DNA of 64,000 bases from positions 24,862,001-24,926,000 of the forward strand of contig OZ024745.1 of assembly GCA_964016885.1 (NCBI GenBank), read 5' to 3'. Positions 27,305 to 39,550 of this stretch are shown in pieces. The stretch comes from Eledone cirrhosa. Lineage: Eukaryota. The first letter of the stretch is position 1; each line of letters starts with the position of its first letter. The notes under the pieces are model-generated. The model saw only the letters and a list, made by a program, of their open reading frames with translations, was not told the origin of the DNA and did no database searches. The translations under genes were made by a program, and so were the position numbers.

Positions 27305-27785
27305 TGATGACGATGGTGATGATGATAATGGAGAGAGAGTGTTGGTGGTGGGCGTGAAGGTGGGGGTGATGGTGGTGATGATGATAATGGAGGGAGAGTG
27401 TTGGTGGTGGGGGTGAAGGTGGGGGTGATGGTGGTGATGATGATAATGGAGGGGAGCGTTCGTGGTGGTTGTGGTCGGGGGTGGGGGTGATGGTGATGAT
27501 GGAGGGGAGCGTTCGTGGTGGTTGTGGTCGGGGGTGGGGGTGATGGTGATGATGGAGGGGTGCGTTCGTGGTGGTTGTGGTGGGGGAGGGGGGTGACGGT
27601 GGTGGTGGTGATGGTGATGATGATAATGGAGGGGAGCGTTGGTGGTGTTTGTGCTGGGGGTGGGTGAAGGTGGTGGTGGTAATGGTGATGGTGATAATGG
27701 AGGGGAGCGTTGGTGGCGGTTGTGGTGGTGGCGGGTGATGGGGGTGATGGGGGGGGGGGGGGGGGGGGATGATGGGGGGGGGGGG
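27305..27785. repeat. G-rich degenerate minisatellite (atggaggggagcgtt + GGT/GAT runs)
   Basis: About seven irregular units. Confidence 0.8.
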
Positions 27786-27787
27786 CC

Positions 27788-27925
27788 CTTGCCATTCTGA
27801 GTTCAAATCCCGCCGAGGTTAATTTTGCCTTTCATCCTTACGGGGTCGATAAAATAAAGTACCAGTAATGCCAGTAATGCACTGGGTGATTTGCTGGCCT
27901 TGTGCCTAAAGTAGAAACAATTATT
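27788..27925 (+). mobile_element. 5'-truncated tRNA-derived SINE
   Basis: B box, central box and tail. Confidence 0.88.
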
Positions 27926-28119
27926 TTTAAAGCTCCCCCCCCCACACACACACACACTTCGCGTAAGGGAGGGGGGACTGAAAGTATGTTTAAATCAATG
28001 CCGTCATTTTTTTATTTACGAATCTGGGCAGATTGTGTATTTGTTTGTGTTACTGGATATATAGATAAATTATAAATAGAGATACGTGTACACATATACA
28101 TACACACTCACACACACAC

Positions 28120-28238
<119 letters not shown>

Positions 28239-28493
28239 TGTGAGTGTGTGTATATATGTATATATATTATTTTCAACCAAAGATCTTTCCGGACTTTCGC
28301 AGTTATCTCCCTTACACCCCCCCCCACCCCCGCACGCAGTCTACTATTGCCTGTGTGAAGTGACCGAGTTTCTGCGCATGCGCGTTCGTACGGTTGTCCT
28401 TCCTGTTCCTATAACCATATACATCCCGAACTGAAGATCCGCGAAGGTGAAACAATTGTTCTCGGTATGGTGAACTAACTGTTGTGTAACCAC

Positions 28494-28988
<495 letters not shown>

Positions 28989-29400
28989 TCTATTTATATA
29001 TATATATATATATATAAAATAGTATGTCCATAGAACCAAAAACATATGTATATATCTATGACTTTGTCTAGTTTATATGTATATACCCTTTAAATTATAT
29101 ATATATATATATACAAATATAAATATATTATACAAAGAGAAGTGTGTTACACAGTGAGATGTGTGTAAAGAACTATTACAAGTGAGTTTTACCGTTACTG
29201 TATATGTAATAATTCACTTGTAATATATTTATATTTGTATTTGAACTCAGAAGAAAATTCTCTATTCCTCTTTGAGCTAATATTATTATTATTACTGTGA
29301 ACTCCGGAATACTCTTAATTCCGATCCCCGTATATATATATATATATATATATGAAATATATGAAATATAAGAATCAAAGAACTGTTCAAAACATTATTG

Positions 29401-29447
29401 TGCTTACAGCTGTTTCCTCCAAACCGAGGTTTGGATTCTTCGGAGCA
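29401..29447 (-). ncRNA. Minimal hammerhead ribozyme variant in the inverted pseudo-LTR
   Basis: Reverse complement of 33062-33108. Confidence 0.7.
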
Positions 29448-29997
29448 ATTTATTAATGCATGGACAGTTATATGACCTCCCTTTCAGCCGAGAGACATAC
29501 CAATACAAACATTGATACATATTCAAACATTGTGGGTCAACATTCATTACAGAATTTAGAGTGGCAGTACACACTTCGAGAATTACATTTATATTAATAG
29601 GTACAATCAAAAATCAAAGATATAGGTTAAAGTACAACATGAAGATAAGTGGTTATATAGTGCAAATGTTATATGTGTGGCACGCATGTGCGTCTTGTTT
29701 ATATAGTGTGGCAGAGAGATATGTGTGGTAGAGGCACTTAGGTAGGTAAATAAGAGTGTTAGGTTGGTAGATCTGGTGGCAAAGTCTTTATATGATTGAT
29801 ATAGTCTGTGTGTGGAGAAATATTATAAGCATTAAAGATAGTGCAAGCATTAAAAGTGTTATAAGTATTGGAGATGCACAGCGCAGGGATGTCAAGTAAT
29901 TCATGTACTTCGGTATTTTCATGGTCAAGGGAGTGTATATTTCGATTATATGCCTTTCACATAATCCACGACAATCCTATTAAATAAGGCACTTATC

Positions 29998-31623
29998 ATG
30001 GCCATGACCAATAGCGACCTGACTAGAGCCCAGGTTGATGTCATCCTTGCGGCCCGTAAAACCATAATCACCTTCGAGGACCAACTATGGACACGCAAGG
30101 ATACGCACAACAACTTCGACATAACCATGGGATCTAGTGACTCGGCGCAGGTCACTGATTTGGTCGGCCTATACCTCCTCAATGAAATCCATAAAGACCT
30201 CCCTTACCTCAACGGTGGTTTGTACCGCGATGATGCACTTCTACTCATAGAATATAAAAAATTTAATATAGAAAGAACTAGAAAACAACTGCATAAGACA
30301 TTCAAAAACTTTAACCTTAGTATCACCATGGACAAAAACACTAAAAATGTTAACTTCCTAGACGCCACACTATACCTAGACTCAAAAATATATACACCCT
30401 TCCATAAGCCTAATGAGAAACTTATTTACGTAGATACCAAGTCTAATCACCCTAGATCAATATTAAACTCTATCTCTAAGGGGGTGTCCAATAGAATCTC
30501 TAGTCTGTCCTATGACGCAAACATATTTAGCAAAAACTCACAATATTACAATCAAGCATTAGCTAGCTCCGGCCATAATATAGAAATTGAGTTCCTACCT
30601 AAGAAAACACATAGCTACAACATCATCTCGCACAACATGTCCATGAGGAAATCTAATAATAGGAATAGCAACCACAAGTACACCAAAGCGGAGGGTGCCA
30701 CCGGAAGTAACCATTACCATGGAAACTACTGTGAGGCCTTAGGAGGAAGCAACACACCAAACACTAAAAGCAAAAATAGAAGAAGAAATAATACATTTTT
30801 CAACCCTCCTTTCAACCTAAATGTCTCCACCAACATACCTAGGGCTTTCTTCTCACTACTAGATAAAAACTTCCCTCTAGGACACAAGTACCACAACCTC
30901 TTAAACAAAAACACAATTAAAATCTCATACTCCACGACGCCTAACTTAGCATACCACATAGCTAGCAGCAATAATAGTAAAATTAGTTCTTACTTCCAAC
31001 AAACAAAATCGCAACGGGATGCAAACCCTCTAAATACCACTGTAGCAAGCAACAATAGCAACGGCAGTAACAATAGAAATAACACTAGTATAAGTAATAA
31101 CACCAGGGTTGTCAACCTGAACACCCAAAATCCTATATCCACCACACAGACTTCCGCATTGCATTATAACCAGCGGACTAACGCACAGAATAATTGTAAC
31201 TGTAGAACTAATAGAACCTGCCCTTTAGATAAAAAATGCCTAACCAAGGATGTCATATACTCATGCACAGTCACGACTAATAACTCTTCAGAAACCTATG
31301 TAGGCTCCACTTCTAACTGCTTCAAAATTAGATATAACTCGCACATCCACTCGTTCAAAAAGCACAGCCTAGCCAACTCCACCTCACTTTCTAGCTACAT
31401 ACACTTTCTAAAATCTAAAAATAAACCATACACACTCAAATGGGAAGTGATAGGCAGCGCGACCTCGTACAAACCACCTAATAAATTCTGTAACCTCTGT
31501 ATACTAGAGACACACAATATTATCTTCTCCAACCGTAACCTACTTAACAAAAAATCTGAGGTGTTTGCAACTTGCCAGCACCGCCTCAGACATTCCTTCC
31601 AAAACTTTAAGCCCTATATATAG
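29998..31623 (+). CDS. PLE reverse transcriptase (C-terminal part) + GIY-YIG endonuclease
   Basis: FDITMGS, LYRDD, NFLD, SNHP, CNC-x5-C-x5-C linker, VIY..YVG..R..H, CNLCILE, LLNKKSE; the frame is open a few codons upstream (LLNKAL) to the truncation point. Confidence 0.93.
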   Translation: MAMTNSDLTRAQVDVILAARKTIITFEDQLWTRKDTHNNFDITMGSSDSAQVTDLVGLYLLNEIHKDLPYLNGGLYRDDALLLIEYKKFNIERTRKQLHKTFKNFNLSITMDKNTKNVNFLDATLYLDSKIYTPFHKPNEKLIYVDTKSNHPRSILNSISKGVSNRISSLSYDANIFSKNSQYYNQALASSGHNIEIEFLPKKTHSYNIISHNMSMRKSNNRNSNHKYTKAEGATGSNHYHGNYCEALGGSNTPNTKSKNRRRNNTFFNPPFNLNVSTNIPRAFFSLLDKNFPLGHKYHNLLNKNTIKISYSTTPNLAYHIASSNNSKISSYFQQTKSQRDANPLNTTVASNNSNGSNNRNNTSISNNTRVVNLNTQNPISTTQTSALHYNQRTNAQNNCNCRTNRTCPLDKKCLTKDVIYSCTVTTNNSSETYVGSTSNCFKIRYNSHIHSFKKHSLANSTSLSSYIHFLKSKNKPYTLKWEVIGSATSYKPPNKFCNLCILETHNIIFSNRNLLNKKSEVFATCQHRLRHSFQNFKPYI

Positions 31624-33061
31624 CAATGTCGGACTGGAACCTAACACCACATCTAGCATCAAACACCAGAGACACACCCTATACTACATACCCAACACTA
31701 GCTGATCCATTATAACACAAACAACGACATCCCTCTGGAACCCTTCGCAGGGAAAATACCCATTTATACCTCTACGGCAGGTGTGACAACATCCACCCAC
31801 CTGGACGGCACTACACCGCTCTAAGGGTAATTTGAGCATGAATTGATCGGTTGGATGGTGTTGGGCAGAGGAAACACCTTCCTTAGACAGATGTAAAATG
31901 ATTTAATCGAGTAGCGCTGTTGACCAGTAGGACCAGGCTGCTGAGCGCAGTGAGTGAATGCAATGCAACTGCCGTGCGGGTTGTACGTATATGGATGATC
32001 TGACGGTCAGAGAGGGGTCGCGAGGACTGCGGATTGACCTTTGGCCTGCCTGGGGATGATTATCTTTCGACATCCAATGTAGCAAGCGATGACCCAGATC
32101 TTACCAGAGATCATTGGGTCCTGAAGCAATCCTGCAATCACCGCGCCTGGTCATATGAGCAGACTACAACCACAAAGATCATTAATTTAGAATCCTCGCT
32201 CATCATCTATAATTTCCATTTGTAGCACCTTAAGATGGGTTAATCCACCTTAATAATAATATGATCACCTTCAGCATAATTTAGTTAAACTACTCTATAG
32301 TTAGTACACTTTATGCTTTAAAAGTCTCTCTTGGAAGGTGCACCTCACCATAGAATTTAGGGTCTATATTGGGACACATTTTAATGGCTAGATATAGAAA
32401 CCCCAGAGTTACCTCCCCGCATGCATTAACTCCCCTTAGCCACACACACACTTCCGGTATTCAATGGCGTCTCTCGAAACGTAACAACCTCCTGTATCGA
32501 ACTAAAGAACACCAGACTACGATCTCTAACTGGATTGTCGTGGATTATGTGAAAGGCATATAATCGAAATATACACTCCCTTGACCATGAAAATACCGAA
32601 GTACATGAATTACTTGACATCCCTGCGCTGTGCATCTCCAATACTTATAACACTTTTAATGCTTGCACTATCTTTAATGCTTATAATATTTCTCCACACA
32701 CAGACTATATCAATCATATAAAGACTTTGCCACCAGATCTACCAACCTAACACTCTTATTTGCCTACCTAAGTGCCTCTACCACACATATCTCTCTGCCA
32801 CACTATATAAACAAGACGCACATGCGTGCCACACATATAACATTTGCACTATATAACCACTTATCTTCATGTTGTACTTTAACCTATATCTTTGATTTTT
32901 GATTGTACCTATTAATATAAATGTAATTCTCGAAGTGTGTACTGCCACTCTAAATTCTGTAATGAATGTTGACCCACAATGTTTGAATATGTATCAATGT
33001 TTGTATTGGTATGTCTCTCGGCTGAAAGGGAGGTCATATAACTGTCCATGCATTAATAAAT

Positions 33062-33108
33062 TGCTCCGAAGAATCCAAACCTCGGTTTGGAGGAAACAGC
33101 TGTAAGCA
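33062..33108 (+). ncRNA. Minimal hammerhead ribozyme variant (CCGAAGA core) in the PLE pseudo-LTR
   Basis: ugcu-CCGAAGA-a uccaaacc uc gguuugga g-GAAA-cagcug-UA-agca. Confidence 0.72.
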
Positions 33109-33309
33109 CAATAATGTTTTGAACAGTTCTTTGATTCTTATATTTCATATAACTGCTCTGTAAATCATCTGATGTTTTTACATTGAGCTACTTAACTTAC
33201 TGGTAATAAGGTAGTAATACATTACTGCCTACCACTATTTAGGGTGTGTGTAAAATACTTACAACTGCTTAAGGTTTTGTGTTTACATAACCATAAATAG
33301 TATAACTAA

Positions 33310-33364
<55 letters not shown>

Positions 33365-33444
33365 TGCATATGTATATACAAAGATGCATACATATATATA
33401 TATGTGTGTGTGTGGTGTATATTATATACACGTGTGTATATACG

Positions 33445-33480
<36 letters not shown>

Positions 33481-33518
33481 TACGTAGCTTGACAGATGTC
33501 ATACATAAATAGTTCCAT

Positions 33519-33773
33519 ATTGGCAGTATCAGTAGTGGGTCGGACGCCATGCTTTCTAGCAAAGAGTTACGTCCCTTTACGGACTGAGTTCAAATCCCTC
33601 CAAGGTTAACTTTGCCTTTCATCCTTACGGGGTCGATAAAATAAAGTACCAGTAATGTACTGGGTAATTGCTGGCCTAGTGCCAAAAGTAGAAACAATTA
33701 TTTTTTCATCAAAGTACCAGTAATGCACTGGGTATTTGCTGGCCTTGTGCCTAAAGTAGAAACAATTATTTTT
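33519..33773 (+). mobile_element. tRNA-derived SINE with a duplicated 3' tail
   Basis: A and B boxes, central box; tail repeated at 33711-33773. Confidence 0.9.
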
Positions 33774-34219
33774 TCAAGTCTGGTTTTTATAGCCATTAGT
33801 GTTGATTGTCACCTCATTTTCATAGGCTGTGTATACCTCTAACTCGTCACTTTGTCCCTACCTAACATACCTCCCAAATTGAAGATCAACATTCCTATCT
33901 TTATGTCTTTTCCATACACACACCTATATACAAACTAACTCTCTCTATCTCTCTCCCACTCTCTCTTTCCCACTATCTCCTCTCTCTCTATCTATGTCCC
34001 CCTCTCTCTATCTCCCACTATCTCCTCTCTCTCTATCTATCTCCCCCTCTCTCTATCTCCCACTATCTCCTCCCCCCTCTCTTTCTTTCTCTCAAGAACC
34101 GATGTAAAATTATTTTCGTTTGTCAAGCAATTTATGTAACGTTCAGTTCACTTCCGAAAAAATGTGTCGATTTTTTGCCTCTTTTCTCATATACTTCTGT
34201 GTTGAGTAGAGTGACTCTG

Positions 34220-34256
<37 letters not shown>

Positions 34257-34272
34257 ACACACACACATACAC

Positions 34273-34306
<34 letters not shown>

Positions 34307-34329
34307 ACACACACACACACACACACTCA

Positions 34330-34369
<40 letters not shown>

Positions 34370-34521
34370 AACACACACACAATACACACACACTCACACA
34401 CACACACTCGCACACACTCACACTCACACACTCACACACATACACACACTCACACACACATTATATATATATATTTATATGTATATATATATATATATAT
34501 ATTTATTTATTTATTTATTTC

Positions 34522-34572
<51 letters not shown>

Positions 34573-34618
34573 AAAATAACAGGAGGCTGGACTTGTGTAA
34601 ATCCTTGAAAGGTTTATT

Positions 34619-34676
34619 ATACTATGATCACTTCAATGGCCGGGTTCCGTATGAATCCGGTGATATCATCAGGTAT
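34619..34676 (-). ncRNA. Hammerhead-like motif (GAAG variant)
   Basis: Reverse complement of 36367-36424 with one substitution. Confidence 0.55.
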
Positions 34677-36366
34677 TCGAAATATAACAAAGGAATATAA
34701 CAGATAAAATCCATGAGGCTGAAAAACATAGACAAGAGGATGACCGACCAACTAGCATCTTCTACTTTAGTCGGTCGTCCTCAAGTGTTGGCTATTCTGT
34801 CTACTTATGACCATCTGGTGAGGGGACGAAAGCTTATAATGTACTACTACCTCCCCGTCAAAGAGAAAAAAGAAGAAAGAAAGAAAGAAGAAAAGTCAGC
34901 GTTAAGGTCAGGCTAGAATCAGGCTAGAAACTACCGCGAAAAATGTTTTTCTAAAGAACCTATATCTTAACAGAGGCATATAGTGGGCGTCTGTATGGTA
35001 TAATGTGTGAACAGAAATTGGAACGATAACTTATGTTTAGAGTTATAGGATGAAATCAAAAAAAATTTTTAAATTAAAATAAATGTTTAAGGTTTAGGTT
35101 GTGAGATTTAGTTAAAGAATTTATAGAGAGAGTCTTATATGAAAAAGTTTAAGTGTATTATAGAGATTCTCGATAAGTTTTCAGGGTGGGATATAGAGTA
35201 AAGATTAAGCCCTTGTTTAGCAGTCAATAACACGCAGACTCCGGCCAGCCCTTCCTAACCACGTGTCAGCCGTTCCGAGTGATATCGTCTAGCGAAAGAG
35301 ATGGAAATTAATTTTTCCGAGTACTCTAGGAATGGGTGTGTTAGCGGGAAGTCTGCCATTGCCGTTAGGCCATCGCTATACCAAACGAATACTATTAATT
35401 CACAGGGGGATTTGTTTACGTGCCAGAAGATAGTTATGATTAAGCCTAGAATTTAAAGGTACTATATGGCGGTCAAAATCGGCGGCGCGGCAGGCCCCGG
35501 GGCGAAGCAAACCGCTCCGATTAATTTCATTTACCGAAAGAAGGGGAAATTTATTTTTCCAAGCACTCAAGGGAGGCTTATGCACCAGAGCGCCAGGCGA
35601 GCAGCCGGGAAAGCCACCACATCAGTCGGATCATCGCGTGTAACCAAACGATTATTATATATTCACACCCGTAATGTGAGGTTGAAAGTGGTAAAACCCG
35701 ATGAAATGCGCAAATAGACTATATTTAAGTCCCCAGTTAGTCCGGGTTATAAGAAGTGTGGTTCTTTGGTGGGTAGGGTACAGAGAGTAATATTCTCGTG
35801 TCGTGTGCTAATGAGCACAATGATAAGTACATAATGAGAGTAAAGCGAGTGAAGCGAGTGAAAATCTAAATAAAAGGAACAATAAGCAAAAATACATAAA
35901 TAAATAAAAGCAGAATACAAAGATAAAAATACATTAATAAAGTAAAAATACATAAATAAAACGCCGTCATAGCTAGGGTGGTGATGAAGTAAAACGGAAG
36001 TATATCAGAACATATCGGAGAAATCAAAACACAGGGGAAATACAATATAGATCAAGTTGTAGTTAGATAATACATATAGATATAGAGGATGGAAGAGATG
36101 GAATGGTATCAGGTGATACCTAGTGTATGTTCGAGTCTCAGAATTCAGTGTGAGTCACGAAGGCCCTAGAGTATAGGGTAGAGAATTCAATTAATACAAT
36201 ACAGGTTACAGTATAATCCGTAGAATTTTGTCGAAGTCTGAATATTCCCGACAGGGAAGCAGCATTGCTAGATGATGCTAGAAGATGCTAGTTGGTCGGT
36301 CGTCCTCTTGTCTATGATTTTCAGCCCCATGGATTTTATCTGTTATATTCCTTTGTTATATTTCGA

Positions 36367-36424
36367 ATACCTGATGATATCACCGGATTCATACGGAACC
36401 CGGTCATTGAAGTGATCATAGTAT
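36367..36424 (+). ncRNA. Hammerhead-like motif (GAAG variant)
   Basis: auac-CUGAUGA-..accgg..ccggu..-GAAG-ugauca-UA-guau. Confidence 0.58.
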
Positions 36425-36615
36425 AATAAACCTTTCAAGGATTTACACAAGTCCAGCCTCCTGTTATTTTATTATAATAATTAACTCCGTACTCGCACCA
36501 CCAACTACACAAATGAAGGCGGGTGAGCTGCATTACGTTGAGTACTCTCCATAATATTACATCGAGGTTGACCATACGGAATGACCAATTCTATCCAGTG
36601 GTGAACCAACAAACC

Positions 36616-36657
<42 letters not shown>

Positions 36658-36713
36658 TGCATATATATACATATATAGGCACACACACACACACACACGC
36701 GCACATATATATA

Positions 36714-36782
<69 letters not shown>

Positions 36783-36900
36783 AAAATTAAGATAGATTAA
36801 AAGAATTCAATCAGGATCGAAATTGTGGGTGTCATTCTTTAACGGAATGCGCCATATCGCCCGGAAAATAAGCTCTAGGACCTTGTAGGTACGAGCATTT

Positions 36901-37265
36901 TATAATAACTAGGAATTGATCAACATATATATAAATAAATATAAACATGAAAAATCACAGGAGATAATTTTTACAAGCGTGTAACCACGCATGGCTAGTA
37001 GGTAACAAATAAATAAAGTTAACTAGAACTTCAAAAATATATACCTTTTAATGATTAATCTTCCCTGTATGAAATATATTTCTTTAATGAAATATATACA
37101 GGGAAGATTAATCATTAAAAGGTATATATTTTTGAAGTTCTAGTTAACTTTATTTATTTGTTACCTACTAGCCATGCGTGGTTACACGCTTGTAAAAATT
37201 ATCTCCTGTGATTTTTCATGTTTATATTTATTTATATATATGTTGATCAATTCCTAGTTATTATA
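36901..37265. repeat. Near-perfect palindrome with ~170-bp arms, in a (TA)n-bounded insert
   Basis: 36901-37070 is the reverse complement of ~37096-37265. Confidence 0.9.
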
Positions 37266-37653
37266 TATATATATAAGTATGAAGTCTAATTTCTTCCTTT
37301 GATAGGTGTACAAAAGGTCCACGTGGCTAAGAATATCGAATATGAATCAAAAGGAGGTCGGAAGGGACACAAATAACGAAGTCCCTTCTCTTCAGTCAAC
37401 CTCTGGAAATCATTATAGTTTCGGTTTGTTTTGGTCATATAATTTAATTCCAGTGGTGGTGGTGGTGAATGAGAGGGATGTGCCGGAAGTGGCGGGAGAC
37501 AATGATGATGAGTATGATGATGATGTGTTGGTGGCGGGTGGAGGAGGGGGAGAAGAGCGACGATTCTGACTACCATGGCGTTGTTTATGACAATGAAAGT
37601 AACGATAAAGTTGATGATGATGGTAGTGATGATGGTGTTGACAATGATGATGA

Positions 37654-37689
<36 letters not shown>

Positions 37690-38024
37690 AAGTAGCCATA
37701 GTGGTGTCAATAACGATGATGATGATGAGGAGGATGAAAGGAGATTTGTGTGCGTGTGTAAGTGCGTGTATGTCCGTGTAGATGCGTGCGAACGCACGTA
37801 TGTGTTCGTATATTTATGTATGTGTGTGTGTGCGCGCATGTATGTGCGTGAGCATGTGAGTAAGTTTTGTATGTATGTGACAGTGTGTGTGTTTGTGTGT
37901 GTGCGTATGTGCGTGCGTGTGTGTATGCGTGTATGTGTCTATGTATATATATGTGTGTGCATAAGTATATGTGAGTACACATGTCATTGAAGTGCCTCAC
38001 CTGACGCCGGGGGCTCTACATATG

Positions 38025-38753
38025 CTTGGAGGTGCTCCCGCCCTCTCCAAGCTTGGAGGTGCTCCCGTCCTCTCCAAGCTTGGAGGTGCTCCCCTCCTCT
38101 CCAAGCTTGGAGGTGCTCCCCTCCTCTCCAAGCTTGGAGGTGCTCCCCTCCTCTCCAAGCTTGGATGTGCTACCCTCCTCTCCAAGCTTGGAGGTGCTCC
38201 CGTCCTCTCCAAGCTTGGAGGTGCTCCCGTCCTCTCCAAGCTTGGAGGTGCTCCCGTCCTCTCCAAGCTTGGAGGTGCTCCCGTCCTCTCCAAGCTTGGA
38301 TGTGCTCCCCTCCTCTCCAAGCTTGGAGGTGCTCCCGTCCTCTCCAAGCTTGGAGGTGCTCCCCTCCTCTCCAAGCTTGGATGTGCTCCCGCCCTCTCCA
38401 AGCTTGGATGTGCTCCCCTCCTCTCCAAGCTTGGAGGTGCTCCCGCCCTCTCCAAGCTTGGGTGTGCTCCCGCCCTCTCCAAGCTTGGATGTGCTCCCCT
38501 CCTCTCCAAGCTTGGGTGTGCTCCCGCCCTCTCCAAGCTTGGAGGTGCTCCCCTCTTCTCCAAGCTTGGAGGTGCTCCCCTCCTCTCCAAGCTTGGATGT
38601 GCTCCCGTCCTCTCCAAGCTTGGAGGTGCTACCCTCCTCTCCAAGCTTGGATGTTCTACCCTCCTCTCCAGGCTTGGAGGTGCTCACCTCCTCTCCAAGC
38701 TTGGATGTGCTCCCGTCCTCTCCAAGCTTGGAGGTGCTCCTCTCCTCTCCAAG
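38025..38753. repeat. 27-bp GC-rich minisatellite, ~27 copies
   Basis: Unit ctccaagcttggaggtgctcccctcct. Confidence 0.97.
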
Positions 38754-38999
38754 TATCCAGTTCTTCACTATATTTAGTCTGCCAGCAGAAGCAGTCATCG
38801 GAATGTTACTAAAAAAATATCCCTGGGCAAAATGTGAGAATCATGAGAGAACCATTGTCGCCGTCCATCTTTGAGATTGTCGCTAGACATCAACATATTT
38901 TCCCAACCGTTTCCAACACCTCAGATTTGGTTTCTTCATTATACAATTAGTTTCAAACGACGAACTACAAACTCGACTTCTTTATACTCAGCAGGTTTT

Positions 39000-39550
39000 A
39001 CCTTCCTACCTACCTGCCTACCTAGCTACCTACCTACCTACCTGCCTACCTACCTACTTACCTACTTACCTACCTACCTGCCTACCTACCTTCCTACCTA
39101 CCCACCTACCTACCTACCTGTCTGCCTACCAACCTACTTACCTACCTACCTACTTACCTACCTACCTGCCCACCTACCTACATACCTACCTTCCTCCCTA
39201 TCTACCTACCAACCTACCAACCTACCTACCTACCTACCTACCAACCTACCGACTTACCTACCTACCTACCTAACTACCTGCCTACCTACCTACCTACCTG
39301 CTTACACACCTACCTACCTACCTACCTACCTACCTACCTACCCACCTTGCTATCTGCTCTTCCGATTCTCTACCAACCTATATACATAGCTATCTACCTC
39401 TCTACCTATATATCTATATACCTACCTCTCCATCTCTTTATCTATCTACCTCTCTACCTATATACCTAGCTATCTACCTCTCTACCTATATACCTAGCTA
39501 TCTACCTCTCTACATATAAACCTATATACCTACCTATCTACTTCTCTACC
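39000..39550. repeat. (CCTA)n microsatellite grading into a short tatctacctctctacc repeat
   Basis: Direct reading. Confidence 0.9.

Larger units (their letters stand above)
29359..33312 (+). mobile_element. 5'-truncated Penelope-like element (Naiad-like) with an inverted 5' pseudo-LTR
   Basis: 29359-29977 is the reverse complement of 32532-33150 (619 bp); RT-EN ORF in between; (TA)n on both sides. Confidence 0.92.
34565..36478 (-). mobile_element. Non-autonomous PLE-like element with 200-bp terminal inverted repeats
   Basis: 34565-34764 is the reverse complement of 36279-36478; HHR-like motif in each arm; decayed LLNKGLIF peptide on - near 35200-35225. Confidence 0.72.

Noticed and set aside
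32085-32130. SECIS element in the PLE 3' region (some Naiads encode selenoproteins)
   Set aside because: The hairpin lacks a clear AUGA/GA quartet with apical AA, and the visible ORF has no in-frame UGA; SECISearch would settle it
38025-38753. CRISPR-like array (palindromic repeat plus linker)
   Set aside because: Linkers are near-identical 13-mers, not unique spacers; no cas genes; eukaryotic context
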